From positions 1-54,181 of the forward strand of contig JAYTHY010000125.1 in NCBI GenBank assembly GCA_043732185.1: a stretch of DNA of 54,181 bases, written 5' to 3'. Within the stretch, counting starts at the first letter, position 1, and each line of letters begins with the position of its first letter. Below the pieces are notes generated by a model. The model ran no database searches and was not told the DNA's origin. It worked only from the letters and a program-made list of their open reading frames with translations. Position numbers and translations under genes: made by a program. This document shows positions 10,077 through 19,723 of this stretch, piece by piece. This DNA is from Fibrobacteria bacterium (lineage in GTDB: Bacteria > Fibrobacterota > Fibrobacteria > UBA11236).

Positions 10077-11666
10077 ATGAGCGAAATCTGGAGCCCTTTT
10101 AAGCCGAAAGGCCATCGCGGTCGAACGACCCGGGCGACAGCGCCGTCCCAGGAAAAAATTGCATCCAACGCTGAAGCCTTGTCTAGTTCGGCAGAGGCCG
10201 GGCAAATCGAGTCCATTGAACTTATTGCCGCAGACACCAGCCTAAAAACATCCAGAGCCGGACGCGTAAAAACCTTCGTCCATTACCAGCAAACCTTGAC
10301 GACCATTCAAATTGTAGCCGACGCCGCAACCATTCTCATAAGCTTTTTCGCCGGGTACTGGTTATGGAAACTCGTGGGCCCGCTTGTCGCCATCGACCTT
10401 TATGAGCCGGAAGCGCTGAACAGGTATTATTCCTTTGTTGGCGTAACCTTGATCACAAGCCTAGTTGGCATGGAAGTGCATGGCTTATATCAGGCAAATC
10501 GCAGCCTGATGAATGTGCGCGAGTTTGAACTCATTCTAAAAACGTGGGGCAAAGCCTGCCTGTTCACTTTGGGGATTCTATTCCTGTCCCAACAGCTGTA
10601 TTTCAGCCGAGGCATTTTTATTCTCACTTGGATGTGCCTGCTGGTTTTCATGCTGGTGCAGCGTTATGCCTTCTTCAAGTTCAACAACTATTTGCGTCGC
10701 AAGGGGTTTGTGGAAACCACCGCGCTCATTTATGGTGCCGGGGTTGTGGGCCGCAAGCTGATGGAAAAATTCAAACAATCTCCCAAGCTTGGGTACCATG
10801 TGGCCGGTTTCTTCGACGACAACGGAACATTTTCCGGAAAAACCGTATTGGGTGCGCCCGTGCTCGGTGGATTTTCGGAACTGCGAGAAGCCATACGGTC
10901 CAGTGGCGCTACCAAACTTTTCATCGCCTTGCCGCAGGTTCCCTCCAAGGTTGTCGTGGATATCCTAAACGTGTGCCGGGAAACGGAATGCGAATTCCAA
11001 ATCGTTCCTTCGCTATACGACATCGTCATACAAAGGGTTAAAGTTACGGAAGTCGAGGGCATACCGCTTATCGGCGTAACCGAACCCAAATATTCTTTCA
11101 AAACGCAGGTATCCAAGCGCTGCTTTGATCTGGTGGCTGCGTCCCTGCTCATTTTGATGTTGAGTCCCATACTCGCGGCCATTGCCCTTATCGTCAAGTT
11201 GACCAGTAAAGGTCCAGTTTTTTTCATTCAAAAACGGGTGGGACAAAAGGGCCGACGCTTCCTATTCTACAAGTTCCGTTCCATGAAAGTGGATTCCCCT
11301 GTCTATGCTGTTACCCCCAAGGACAAATTGGATCCGCGCATCACGCCAATTGGCCGGTTTCTCCGTCGCAGCTCTTTAGATGAATTGCCCCAATTGTTCA
11401 ATGTCATAAAAGGGGAAATGAGTTTAGTAGGACCCAGGCCGGAAATGCCATTCATTGTCGATCATTACAATGAACTCCATAAGCAACGCCTCAATGTCAA
11501 ACCCGGCATTACCGGTCTCTGGCAGATTAGCGCGGACCGGAAGATCGCCATCCATGAGAACATGGATTACGATATGTACTACATCAACAACCAGAGCTTC
11601 TTGTTGGACATTGTGATCCTGGCCAAGACCATCAGCAGCTGCCTCAAAGGCGTAGGCGCATACTAG
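10077..11666 (+). CDS. Polyprenyl-phosphate glycosylphosphotransferase (WcaJ/WbaP-like sugar transferase)
   Basis: N-terminal transmembrane helices, a Rossmann-like ALIYGAG segment, and KRCFDL, YKFRSM, DPRITPIGRFLRRSSLDELPQLFNVIKGEMSLVGPRPE, KPGITGLWQ motifs. Confidence 0.93.
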   Translation: MSEIWSPFKPKGHRGRTTRATAPSQEKIASNAEALSSSAEAGQIESIELIAADTSLKTSRAGRVKTFVHYQQTLTTIQIVADAATILISFFAGYWLWKLVGPLVAIDLYEPEALNRYYSFVGVTLITSLVGMEVHGLYQANRSLMNVREFELILKTWGKACLFTLGILFLSQQLYFSRGIFILTWMCLLVFMLVQRYAFFKFNNYLRRKGFVETTALIYGAGVVGRKLMEKFKQSPKLGYHVAGFFDDNGTFSGKTVLGAPVLGGFSELREAIRSSGATKLFIALPQVPSKVVVDILNVCRETECEFQIVPSLYDIVIQRVKVTEVEGIPLIGVTEPKYSFKTQVSKRCFDLVAASLLILMLSPILAAIALIVKLTSKGPVFFIQKRVGQKGRRFLFYKFRSMKVDSPVYAVTPKDKLDPRITPIGRFLRRSSLDELPQLFNVIKGEMSLVGPRPEMPFIVDHYNELHKQRLNVKPGITGLWQISADRKIAIHENMDYDMYYINNQSFLLDIVILAKTISSCLKGVGAY

Positions 11667-11674
11667 ACTAAAAT

Positions 11675-12319
11675 CTAGGTTTTGCGGCTGGCGCGGGATC
11701 GCATAAAGCCTATTATCCCAGGTAAAATCGACAGAAAAATTATCGCCAGGATGACAATGGTGAAATTCTTTTTGACGATGGGGATATTGCCGAATAGGTA
11801 GCCGGCTGATACGCAAGTACTGACCCAAATCGTAGCTCCAGCCACACAAAAAAGAATGTACTTGCGGAAACGCATGGTCCCCATCCCAGCCACAAAGGGA
11901 GCGAAGGTGCGAACGATAGGGACGAAGCGGGCCATGATGATGGTTTTACTGCCATGGGTCGCATAAAAGTTCCGGGTCCGTTCCAGGTATTCCCTTTTGA
12001 ATATTCGTGAGTCCGGTTTGCTGAACAATCGCTTGCCTAGAAATTTGCCTATGGAATAGTTGGTGAGATCGCCCAGCAAACACGCGCACAAAAGCAGAGG
12101 TATTAAATAGGTTACCTGAAGGGATCCCAAGGCCGCCAGCGATCCTGCCGCGAAGAGCAATGAGTCGCCAGGCAAGATGGGCGTAACCACTAGCCCCGTT
12201 TCACAAAAAACAATTATGAATAGCAAGGCGTATGTCCATGCTCCATAATGACTGACCACGTCTGACAAGTGGACGTCTAAATGCAAAAAAATATCCACGC
12301 ACGTTCTTAGAATTTCCAT
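11675..12319 (-). CDS. dedA: DedA family membrane protein
   Basis: FCETGLVVTPILPGDSLLFAAG and ARFVPIVRTFAPFVAG motifs. Start taken at ATG 12319 to avoid overlap with murG. Confidence 0.92.
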   Translation of the reverse strand: MEILRTCVDIFLHLDVHLSDVVSHYGAWTYALLFIIVFCETGLVVTPILPGDSLLFAAGSLAALGSLQVTYLIPLLLCACLLGDLTNYSIGKFLGKRLFSKPDSRIFKREYLERTRNFYATHGSKTIIMARFVPIVRTFAPFVAGMGTMRFRKYILFCVAGATIWVSTCVSAGYLFGNIPIVKKNFTIVILAIIFLSILPGIIGFMRSRASRKT

Positions 12320-12332
12320 ATACCCTGCAATA

Positions 12333-13436
12333 CTAGTTGTGGCTGTTTTGTGATGCAATGAAACTGCGGATCTGCTCCATGACTTTTTCGGCACCGTCGC
12401 GAAATGGACTAGACCCCATGGACTTTACATACACACCGCTTTCGGCGCGCAAAGCCTCCAGCTCCCTAAGCAAGCTTCCGTCGTTCAATTTATCTTCTGC
12501 CAAGACCCGGCTGTACCCCTTGGCCGCAAAGGCTTCCGCATTCAATATTTGATCGCCGCGCGAAGCCGCCTTCGACAAGGGCACCAATAGGTTGGGTTTT
12601 TGCAGACTCAAGAATTCAAATATCGCGTTCGATCCGGCTCTGGAGAGAATCAGATCCGTTGCGGCCAACACATCGGAAAGCTCATTGCCGATATATTCAA
12701 ATTGTCGATAGCCCTGGGTAGCTTCTTCCGTTGAATCCAATCCACCTTGACCGCAAATATGGGCGATACGAAAACGGCCCAAGAGGCCTGGCAGTGCAGC
12801 TCGCACGGCTTGGTTCAATATCCGGGAACCGAGGCTTCCGCCCATGATGAGCAAGAGTGGCTTGTCTGAATTAGAGTGCGTGGAATTAGGTAAACGCAGA
12901 AATGCTTCGCCCTTTTCCTTGTTTCCGGTAAAAAGTTCTACGCGAATGGGTGTACCGGTAACCACGGCCTTTTGAGGGGGCAGATGATTGAGCGTGTCCG
13001 GAAAACTGGCGCAAATGCGACGCGCAAATGGAATGGAAAGCCGATTGGCGAGTCCCGGTGTCAAATCACTTTCATGAATGATAACGGGAATCCGACGCAA
13101 CCACGCGGCTAAAACAACCGGCACAGCTACAAAGCCCCCCTTGGAGAAAACCAAATTGGGACGCAAGCGGCCTAACTGCAGCCAAGCCTGGAATAATCCC
13201 CCCAAAACTCTTAAGGGGTCCGTGAAATTACGCCAGGCGAAGTAACGCCTGAGTTTCCCAGAGGCTATTCCATAAAACGGAATGCCTTTGGCTTCAACCA
13301 ATCGCTTTTCAATGCCAACCTTCGATCCGATATACTGGACGTCCCAGCCTTCTGCCAACAATTTGGGCAGCAGGGCCAGATTGGGTATGACATGACCGGC
13401 CGTGCCACCTCCCGTCAATACAATTTTATTATTCAC
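12333..13436 (-). CDS. murG: Undecaprenyldiphospho-muramoylpentapeptide beta-N-acetylglucosaminyltransferase
   Basis: IVLTGGGTAGHVIPN, SKGGFV, IHESD, GGSLGS, SRAGSN and RGDQILNA motifs. Start is probably GTG 13436 or 13442. Confidence 0.93.
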   Translation of the reverse strand: MNNKIVLTGGGTAGHVIPNLALLPKLLAEGWDVQYIGSKVGIEKRLVEAKGIPFYGIASGKLRRYFAWRNFTDPLRVLGGLFQAWLQLGRLRPNLVFSKGGFVAVPVVLAAWLRRIPVIIHESDLTPGLANRLSIPFARRICASFPDTLNHLPPQKAVVTGTPIRVELFTGNKEKGEAFLRLPNSTHSNSDKPLLLIMGGSLGSRILNQAVRAALPGLLGRFRIAHICGQGGLDSTEEATQGYRQFEYIGNELSDVLAATDLILSRAGSNAIFEFLSLQKPNLLVPLSKAASRGDQILNAEAFAAKGYSRVLAEDKLNDGSLLRELEALRAESGVYVKSMGSSPFRDGAEKVMEQIRSFIASQNSHN

Positions 13437-13536
13437 TGGCACCTGCAATTTACTCCAATAGTTAAAATAGCAACAACCTACCGAGATACCGGGCCAGAGC
13501 GTGCATAAGTCCGTCCAGCCTTGGTACAATGCCACT

Positions 13537-14946
13537 ATGAGTCTTCCCGTCCCCTGGAATCATATTGAACCGTATTTGCAAAGTATTCAGGATTTTGATT
13601 TGGGGGCGCAAAGGCTGGCGGATTTCTTCCAAGGTAAGGAGGATAAATATCCGCCCGATGAATTGCTCAAAATATTCCTAACCGCAAACCCGCCGCAGAA
13701 ACTGTTTGAGCGCCTGCTGTTCTGTCTTTTCAATATTGGTGTGCCCGATAGGCAAATTGGATCTCGGGCGCTACAGGTAAGGCGCCTCAAGCGCCTTTGG
13801 TTGCGTTTTCGCCAAAATGTAGCGTTAAGCGAATTGGAAATGGAGTTGATAACAAGGACTGCAAATGTATTCGAACTTGAGACACCAAATCGAGACAAAA
13901 ATTTGTCCGCATTGCGAAATAGTTTTCAGCGACTCATCAATGCAGAGTCGGTAACGGAATCCGACCAGAAATTGCTTGCCATGCTGATTGGCGCTGAAGC
14001 AGAAGCCCTGCGCATTCGCGTGAACTGGCTATCGGAAAACACCGACCCATACAATATGGCCACCATGGCACGCATTCTGCCAAGACTGCGTATTTACGAT
14101 GAGGCTGTACACGAAGGATTGGATTTGGCCAAGCGACAGGAGCAAGGCCTGCCTGTAGGTTTGAAAATAATGAGCTTTGAAGCCCACTTGCACGCATCCG
14201 GATTTAAAAAATGGCTGAATAAAATAGCCTCCGCGCCAAGTCTGGAAAAACTTGGAAGCCTGATACAAATCCAGCGTGAGAAAAAAATTCCCACCTTGGA
14301 CCTCATCGCCTTAAGCACCCTGTGCCGCTGGACCTGGGAGGCGGTTGGGGAAAAATCCAATCCACTCGATTGGATCAGCAAAGCATTGGACAGTTATCAT
14401 GACGGTGAGTTCGCGGTCGAGGCAGGCAAGGCGTCTCGCATATTGGTTCCGGCTCTATCCGGCACCGGAGCGAAAGCTAAAGGGACCCTGCTCATCGGCG
14501 ACTTTGGAATAAAATCTTTTCCAACCTGGATAGGTCGGGATCTCCTCACTTTGGGCTACCTTAAAGCCACCGACGACGGCACCTTGAACATCAAGGCCGT
14601 TCTCACTCAAAATATCACCCGCGATTCCATTCTGGAATCCTTACTCGCCAATCCCAAAGTCTTCCAAACTCCGGGACTGGTGAGTTTCATTGCCGCCACC
14701 AGCCGATCGCTGGCAATACTCTCTAAGATTGCCAAGTCGCGGGACTTGGTGGGTGGATTTGCCAATCGAGACGTACCCTTGACGTTACTGCAAAGCCCGT
14801 GCAATATCCCCATCTCCTTGTTGCGTCCGCTGATTAATGTCCGTCATGTTTCCTTGATGGATCTTAAAAATCTGGCGAGGGCCAAAGCGGGCGTGCGTAG
14901 GGAAATCAGCGATGAATGCGAAGCCTACTTAAAGGCTCGCGGGTAG
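13537..14946 (+). CDS. Hypothetical protein (helical C-terminal domain of unknown function)
   Basis: Long ORF. Probable ATG at 13537. The C-terminal LLANPKV...PLTLLQSPCNIPISLLRPLI...DLKNLAR looks like a conserved helical-repeat domain, but I recognise no function. Confidence 0.75.
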   Translation: MSLPVPWNHIEPYLQSIQDFDLGAQRLADFFQGKEDKYPPDELLKIFLTANPPQKLFERLLFCLFNIGVPDRQIGSRALQVRRLKRLWLRFRQNVALSELEMELITRTANVFELETPNRDKNLSALRNSFQRLINAESVTESDQKLLAMLIGAEAEALRIRVNWLSENTDPYNMATMARILPRLRIYDEAVHEGLDLAKRQEQGLPVGLKIMSFEAHLHASGFKKWLNKIASAPSLEKLGSLIQIQREKKIPTLDLIALSTLCRWTWEAVGEKSNPLDWISKALDSYHDGEFAVEAGKASRILVPALSGTGAKAKGTLLIGDFGIKSFPTWIGRDLLTLGYLKATDDGTLNIKAVLTQNITRDSILESLLANPKVFQTPGLVSFIAATSRSLAILSKIAKSRDLVGGFANRDVPLTLLQSPCNIPISLLRPLINVRHVSLMDLKNLARAKAGVRREISDECEAYLKARG

Positions 14947-14965
14947 TGAGCGACATTCACCTCAG

Positions 14966-15017
14966 TTGACGAAAAAGACTTTTCCTTTTAGTATTAAACA
15001 TATAGGAATAATATGTT
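14966..15017 (+). promoter_or_regulatory. Sigma70 promoter and putative Rrf2 operator
   Basis: TTGACG (14966-14971), 17-nt spacer, TAGTAT (14989-14994). Inverted repeat AACATAT-N7-ATATGTT (14997-15017) lies immediately before ATG 15018. Confidence 0.65.
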
Positions 15018-15473
15018 ATGCTTTCCATGCGTGCCAAATATGCCCTTAAGGCCCTTGTTTACTTGGCTAAAACCAAGGAAAAGGGTCCGGTTTTAATCGG
15101 CGATATCGCTAAATCACAAAAGCTGCCGCGGAAATTTCTGGAGCAAATCCTGCTCGAACTCAAGAACCTGCGCGTATTGAAAAGCCGACAGGGTAAGGGC
15201 GGTGGCTATTATCTAGCCAAAGCGCCTGAGCTGATTTTGGTGGGGCATATCGTACGCGTATTCAATGGACCCTTGGCTCTGGTTCCATGCGTTAGCGTAA
15301 CCGCGTTTGAAAAGTGCGAGGAATGCGTGGACTTTGCCCATTGTGGCATCCGGCGCGTGATGCAGAAAGTACGTGACGTAACTGCCGAGATACTGGATGG
15401 TACGACGTTGGAAGCGCTAGTTGCCATTGAAGCATCCGAAACCGACGAAGCCTCGCTGATGTATTTTATTTAA
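15018..15473 (+). CDS. Rrf2 family transcriptional regulator (CymR/IscR-like)
   Basis: AKYALKAL, FLEQILLEL, SRQGKGGGYYL, Cys-rich PCVS...CEEC...C. It heads a sulfate uptake operon. Confidence 0.92.
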   Translation: MLSMRAKYALKALVYLAKTKEKGPVLIGDIAKSQKLPRKFLEQILLELKNLRVLKSRQGKGGGYYLAKAPELILVGHIVRVFNGPLALVPCVSVTAFEKCEECVDFAHCGIRRVMQKVRDVTAEILDGTTLEALVAIEASETDEASLMYFI

Positions 15474-15485
15474 ACGAATTTAGGT

Positions 15486-16568
15486 ATGAAGCTGAAAAAT
15501 AATATCCATTTCGCTGTGCCTAGGTTAATGCTGCTAAGTTGTTCAAGGTCCATTTATTTGGTTTTGTCACTGGCGATGGTCATTACCTTAACCATGACCT
15601 GCTCACCCAGCTACGCCGCAGGCATCCACCTGCTCAACGTCTCCTACGATCCCACGCGGGAGCTCTGTGAAGAATACAATCAAGCCTTTAAGATGCATTG
15701 GAAAAAGATTTCCGGGCAAGACGTGTCCATTTATCAATCCCATGGAGGATCCGGAAAACAAGCCCGTTCAGTTATTGAAGGATTGGATGCCGACATAGTA
15801 ACCCTGGCCCTCGCCTACGATATTGATGTCATCGCTACCAAAGCCCATTTGCTGCCCGAAAATTGGCAGACATTACTGCCCCATAACAGTTGCCCGTATA
15901 CGTCCAGCATCGTGTTTATGGTGCGCGCCGGTAACCCGAAAAACATTAAGGATTGGGACGACCTGATCAAACCGGGCCTTAAAATCATCACGCCTAATCC
16001 TAAAACATCAGGCGGCGCCCGCTGGAATTATTTGGCGGCCTGGGGGTATGCACTCGAAACGCACCATCACGATTCCGCACAAGCGCGGGATTTTGTCGCT
16101 AAACTGTACCGAAACGTTTCCGTACTTGATGCCGGAGCCCGTGGTTCCATGACTACCTTTGCACAGCGCGGTATAGGAGATGTAGCCATTGCCTGGGAGA
16201 ACGAAGCATTGCTGGCCGTGAAAAAATTAGGCAAATACAAAATGGAAATTGTCTTCCCGAGCATGAGTATTCTTGCCGAACCGCCCGTTGCCGTAATAAC
16301 CGCCATGGCGGACAAACATGGAAACACAGTCCTGGCCAAGGCCTACCTCGAATATTTGTATTCCGATGAAGGCCAGGACATTGTCGGGCACAATTTTTAT
16401 CGGCCACAAAGCGAAATTGCCACGGCCAAATACGCCTATCAATTTCCTAAAATGCGTATGTTCACCATTGATTCTGTTTTTGGTGGTTGGCAACGCGCGC
16501 AAAAAATCCATTTTGCAGATGGCGGTGTGTACGATCACATTTTTAAGGAAGCCCAAAAGGCTCAGTAA
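15486..16568 (+). CDS. sbp: Sulfate ABC transporter substrate-binding protein
   Basis: [43 protein letters not shown] and WENEA motifs. Confidence 0.95.
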   Translation: MKLKNNIHFAVPRLMLLSCSRSIYLVLSLAMVITLTMTCSPSYAAGIHLLNVSYDPTRELCEEYNQAFKMHWKKISGQDVSIYQSHGGSGKQARSVIEGLDADIVTLALAYDIDVIATKAHLLPENWQTLLPHNSCPYTSSIVFMVRAGNPKNIKDWDDLIKPGLKIITPNPKTSGGARWNYLAAWGYALETHHHDSAQARDFVAKLYRNVSVLDAGARGSMTTFAQRGIGDVAIAWENEALLAVKKLGKYKMEIVFPSMSILAEPPVAVITAMADKHGNTVLAKAYLEYLYSDEGQDIVGHNFYRPQSEIATAKYAYQFPKMRMFTIDSVFGGWQRAQKIHFADGGVYDHIFKEAQKAQ

Positions 16569-16572
16569 TCGC

Positions 16573-17448
16573 ATGACCACTATTACTAGTCCATCTTTGG
16601 CGGCAATGTCCAAACGGAAAAAACGTTCCAGCATCATACCTGGCTTTGGATTGACGCTGGGTTATACCATGCTATACCTAAGCCTGGTCGTGCTCATCCC
16701 GCTTTCCGCCACTTTTCTCAAGGCTTTCCAACTGACTTGGCAGGGGCTATTCTCCATCCTAACCGACCGCCAGGTATTACTGGCGTTTCGGCTGAGCTTT
16801 CTAGCCTCGGCGGAGGCAGCGCTTATCAACGGATTCTTTGGACTGCTCATCGCCTGGGTGCTCGTGCGCTATAAATTTCCAGGCCGCCGTTTTCTTGATT
16901 CCATTGTCGATCTCCCTTTCGCTCTGCCCACTGCAGTGGCGGGTATTTCCCTTACAGCCGTTTATTCTTCCACTGGCTGGATCGGATCGCATTTAGAGGC
17001 TATGGGCATTCATGTCGCTTATACGCCATTGGGCGTTACGCTTGCGCTTACTTTTATTGGACTCCCTTTTGTGGTGCGCACAGTGCAGCCGGTTTTGGAA
17101 GACCTAGACTCGGAAGTGGAAGAAGCCGCCACATCACTTGGAGCAAGCCGGTGGCAGATTTTTACCCACGTAATTTTTCCAGCACTCATGCCTTCTTTTT
17201 GCACCGGAGTATCCTTGGCTTTTGCTCGCGCTCTGGGTGAATATGGATCCGTCATTTTTATATCCGGCAACATGCCGATGAAAACGGAAATCGTACCCCT
17301 TATCATTGTCAGCAAACTGGAACAATACGATTATGCCGGAGCTACCGGCGTCGCAATTCTTATGCTGATCCTTTCGTTCAGCCTGCTATTGGCAGTAAAC
17401 CTTCTTCAGAAATGGGCAGGAAAATCCTCGCGGTCGCGGTCTCGCTGA
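16573..17448 (+). CDS. cysT: Sulfate ABC transporter permease CysT
   Basis: [33 protein letters not shown] and [13 protein letters not shown] motifs. Start at ATG 16573 or 16606. Confidence 0.95.
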   Translation: MTTITSPSLAAMSKRKKRSSIIPGFGLTLGYTMLYLSLVVLIPLSATFLKAFQLTWQGLFSILTDRQVLLAFRLSFLASAEAALINGFFGLLIAWVLVRYKFPGRRFLDSIVDLPFALPTAVAGISLTAVYSSTGWIGSHLEAMGIHVAYTPLGVTLALTFIGLPFVVRTVQPVLEDLDSEVEEAATSLGASRWQIFTHVIFPALMPSFCTGVSLAFARALGEYGSVIFISGNMPMKTEIVPLIIVSKLEQYDYAGATGVAILMLILSFSLLLAVNLLQKWAGKSSRSRSR

Positions 17449-17466
17449 AGAGGATTTAAACAACGA

Positions 17467-18357
17467 GTGAACACCATGTCCGATTCTCCCCTACCATTGC
17501 GTCCCATGCACACCAAACAAGCGGCAACCAGTGAACCACGCTGGTTCCAGTGGCTGCTGATTTCGGTGGCGCTCCTCTACTTATTTTTTCTGCTCTTTGT
17601 GCCGCTGTTTAGTGTGTTTGTTGGGGCCTTAGAAAGCGGTATAGGCGCTTATCTGCATACTTTTGTCGATCCCGACACGTTGTTTTCCATTCGGTTGACT
17701 TTGATCATTTCCGCACTTGCTGTTCCCTTAAATTTGACTTTTGGAGTGGCCGCAGCCTGGGCGATTGCCAAGTTCGAGTTTCCTGGAAAAACGATTTTGA
17801 CCACATTGATCGATTTGCCGTTTGCCGTTTCACCGGTAGTATCCGGCTTGGTATTCATTTTACTGTTCGGCAAACAAGGTTGGCTGGGGCCTTGGCTGAC
17901 TACCCACGACATCAAAATTATTTTTGCCATTCCCGCGTTGGTACTGGCCACATTATTCATCACGTTTCCCCTGGTGGCACGAGAGCTGATTCCACTGATG
18001 GAAGAGCAGGGCAAGGAAGAGGAAGAAGCCGCACTCACCTTGGGCGCCTCCGGCTGGCAGACATTCTGGCACGTAACCTTGCCGAACATCAAATGGGGCA
18101 TTCTCTATGGTGTGATATTAACCAATGCCCGGGCTATGGGGGAGTTTGGTGCCGTATCCGTGGTGTCCGGCCATATTCGCGGATTAACCACCACGTTACC
18201 GTTACAGGTGGAAATCCTTTACAATGAATACAATTACGTACAGGCTTTTGCAGCAGCCTCACTGCTGTGTTTTTTGGGCTTGCTTACCCTCATCGTCAAG
18301 GCTATTGTGGAAAAGCGCAATCAGGTTTATCAGCAAAGCCGCGAGCGTCTGCCTTAA
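17467..18357 (+). CDS. cysW: Sulfate ABC transporter permease CysW
   Basis: LIDLPFAVSPVVSGL, EEEAALTLGASGWQ and NARAMGEFGAVSVVSGHIRG motifs. Confidence 0.95.
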   Translation: MNTMSDSPLPLRPMHTKQAATSEPRWFQWLLISVALLYLFFLLFVPLFSVFVGALESGIGAYLHTFVDPDTLFSIRLTLIISALAVPLNLTFGVAAAWAIAKFEFPGKTILTTLIDLPFAVSPVVSGLVFILLFGKQGWLGPWLTTHDIKIIFAIPALVLATLFITFPLVARELIPLMEEQGKEEEEAALTLGASGWQTFWHVTLPNIKWGILYGVILTNARAMGEFGAVSVVSGHIRGLTTTLPLQVEILYNEYNYVQAFAAASLLCFLGLLTLIVKAIVEKRNQVYQQSRERLP

Positions 18358-18764
18358 TCCGGTAACTTGGGTTTGAGCAAGGCATAAACATACGCGCCAA
18401 TCAATGCGCCGGCCAACGTGAAGAACGCCCAGTATTCACCCGAGCCTATTTGAGCATAAATCGGCCCCGGGCAAGTACCCGTTACAAACCATCCCAGGCC
18501 GAATAAAAATCCTCCCAGATAGGTGCCGGGAGTGAGGATTTTACCGGGAATAACCGGAGTATCGCCGGCCAAAGTTTTAACCTGCAGTTTTTTTATGAGT
18601 AAAAGTGAAAGGGCTCCCACCACAACTGCGGATCCAATGATGAGATAGAGATCCGGTTCCCGGAAAAAAAACATGTTGCGGATCTTAAACCAGGAAATGA
18701 CTTGGGCTTTGGTGAGTACGATTCCAAAATAGAGTCCCAGGAAAAGAAACTTCGCATTTCCCAT
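18354..18764 (-). CDS. YeeE/YedE-family sulfur-compound transporter, second subunit
   Basis: GGFLFGLGWFVTGTCPGP motif, about four transmembrane helices. Confidence 0.88.
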   Translation of the reverse strand: MGNAKFLFLGLYFGIVLTKAQVISWFKIRNMFFFREPDLYLIIGSAVVVGALSLLLIKKLQVKTLAGDTPVIPGKILTPGTYLGGFLFGLGWFVTGTCPGPIYAQIGSGEYWAFFTLAGALIGAYVYALLKPKLPD

Positions 18765-19271
18765 TTAGCCTCCCAAGCCTAACAGCCTGTGTATGGCAGC
18801 GGCCGTCAAGCCTCCGGCAAAAAATGCCAGCGTTGCCACCAAACTGGCCTTCTGCAAATTGGACAATCCCATTATGCTATGGCCCGATGTGCATCCAGCC
18901 GCATACCGTGTCCCAAATCCAATCAAGAAACCACCACCGAGCAATTGAGCTGCACCAGGCAAGGTATGATAGTACGGTGGAAGCAAGGGCTGGGGCTGTG
19001 CAGATAAGAGCCGCGTTGCCACGAATCCACCCGCCATCAAACCAGCCACAAAGAATAGGTTCCAAGCTTCTTTACGCCAGGCGTAGCCTTTCAAGTATTC
19101 CAGTTTGGATTTCGGAAGTAACGCGGCACAGATATGCCTAAAGCTGGAGCTGATACCTAGATTCCGTCCTGCCAGTAAAACCATTAGCGGAACGGTCAGC
19201 CCGATGAGTGGGCCGGAAACGTACCATGGCCAAGGATTGAAGACAGAGGCAGGAATCAAAGCGGCCAACAT
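18765..19271 (-). CDS. YeeE/YedE-family sulfur-compound transporter, first subunit
   Basis: WPWYVSGPLIGL, LGISSS and GFLIGFGTRYAAGCTSGHSIMG motifs. Confidence 0.9.
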   Translation of the reverse strand: MLAALIPASVFNPWPWYVSGPLIGLTVPLMVLLAGRNLGISSSFRHICAALLPKSKLEYLKGYAWRKEAWNLFFVAGLMAGGFVATRLLSAQPQPLLPPYYHTLPGAAQLLGGGFLIGFGTRYAAGCTSGHSIMGLSNLQKASLVATLAFFAGGLTAAAIHRLLGLGG

Positions 19272-19276
19272 CGAGC

Positions 19277-19657
19277 TTATTTTTTCAGTTTAAGCCGCAT
19301 AGCGAGACTCTTGAAGAAATCGCCCAAGGTCTCCTCTTTAAAATCCTTATACTCGCCGGCATCAAAAAAGACGCCATGACCGCTTTGGCATACTTCATAG
19401 TGGATATGCGGCTGAAACGTATCCGCAACCCTTTCCATGGTTTCCGCACACACTGGGCAGGCCACTACCTCTATGGTATCGTATTCCTTACCAAGGTCAG
19501 CCGAGCCCGTATCGATTTTCTCTGAACCTGGCATCTTTTTGAGAATTTTATGTTCCGCTTCTGAAAACCAGATTCCACGGCATTGCGTACAGCGTTCCAC
19601 TTGGATACTCTGATAGGTCACGACTTCCATTATGGAATCGCATTTAGGGCAATCCAT
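19277..19657 (-). CDS. Tandem zf-TFIIB zinc-ribbon protein
   Basis: MDCPKC...ERCTQCRGIWF and CPVCAETM...VCQSGHGVFFDAGE. Start taken at ATG 19657. Confidence 0.85.
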   Translation of the reverse strand: MDCPKCDSIMEVVTYQSIQVERCTQCRGIWFSEAEHKILKKMPGSEKIDTGSADLGKEYDTIEVVACPVCAETMERVADTFQPHIHYEVCQSGHGVFFDAGEYKDFKEETLGDFFKSLAMRLKLKK

Positions 19658-19723
19658 CCCATGCTCCCTGATGTATCGGGTCGACAAAAAGCTTATCGAA
19701 CCGGTTTAGATATAAAAGTCTAA

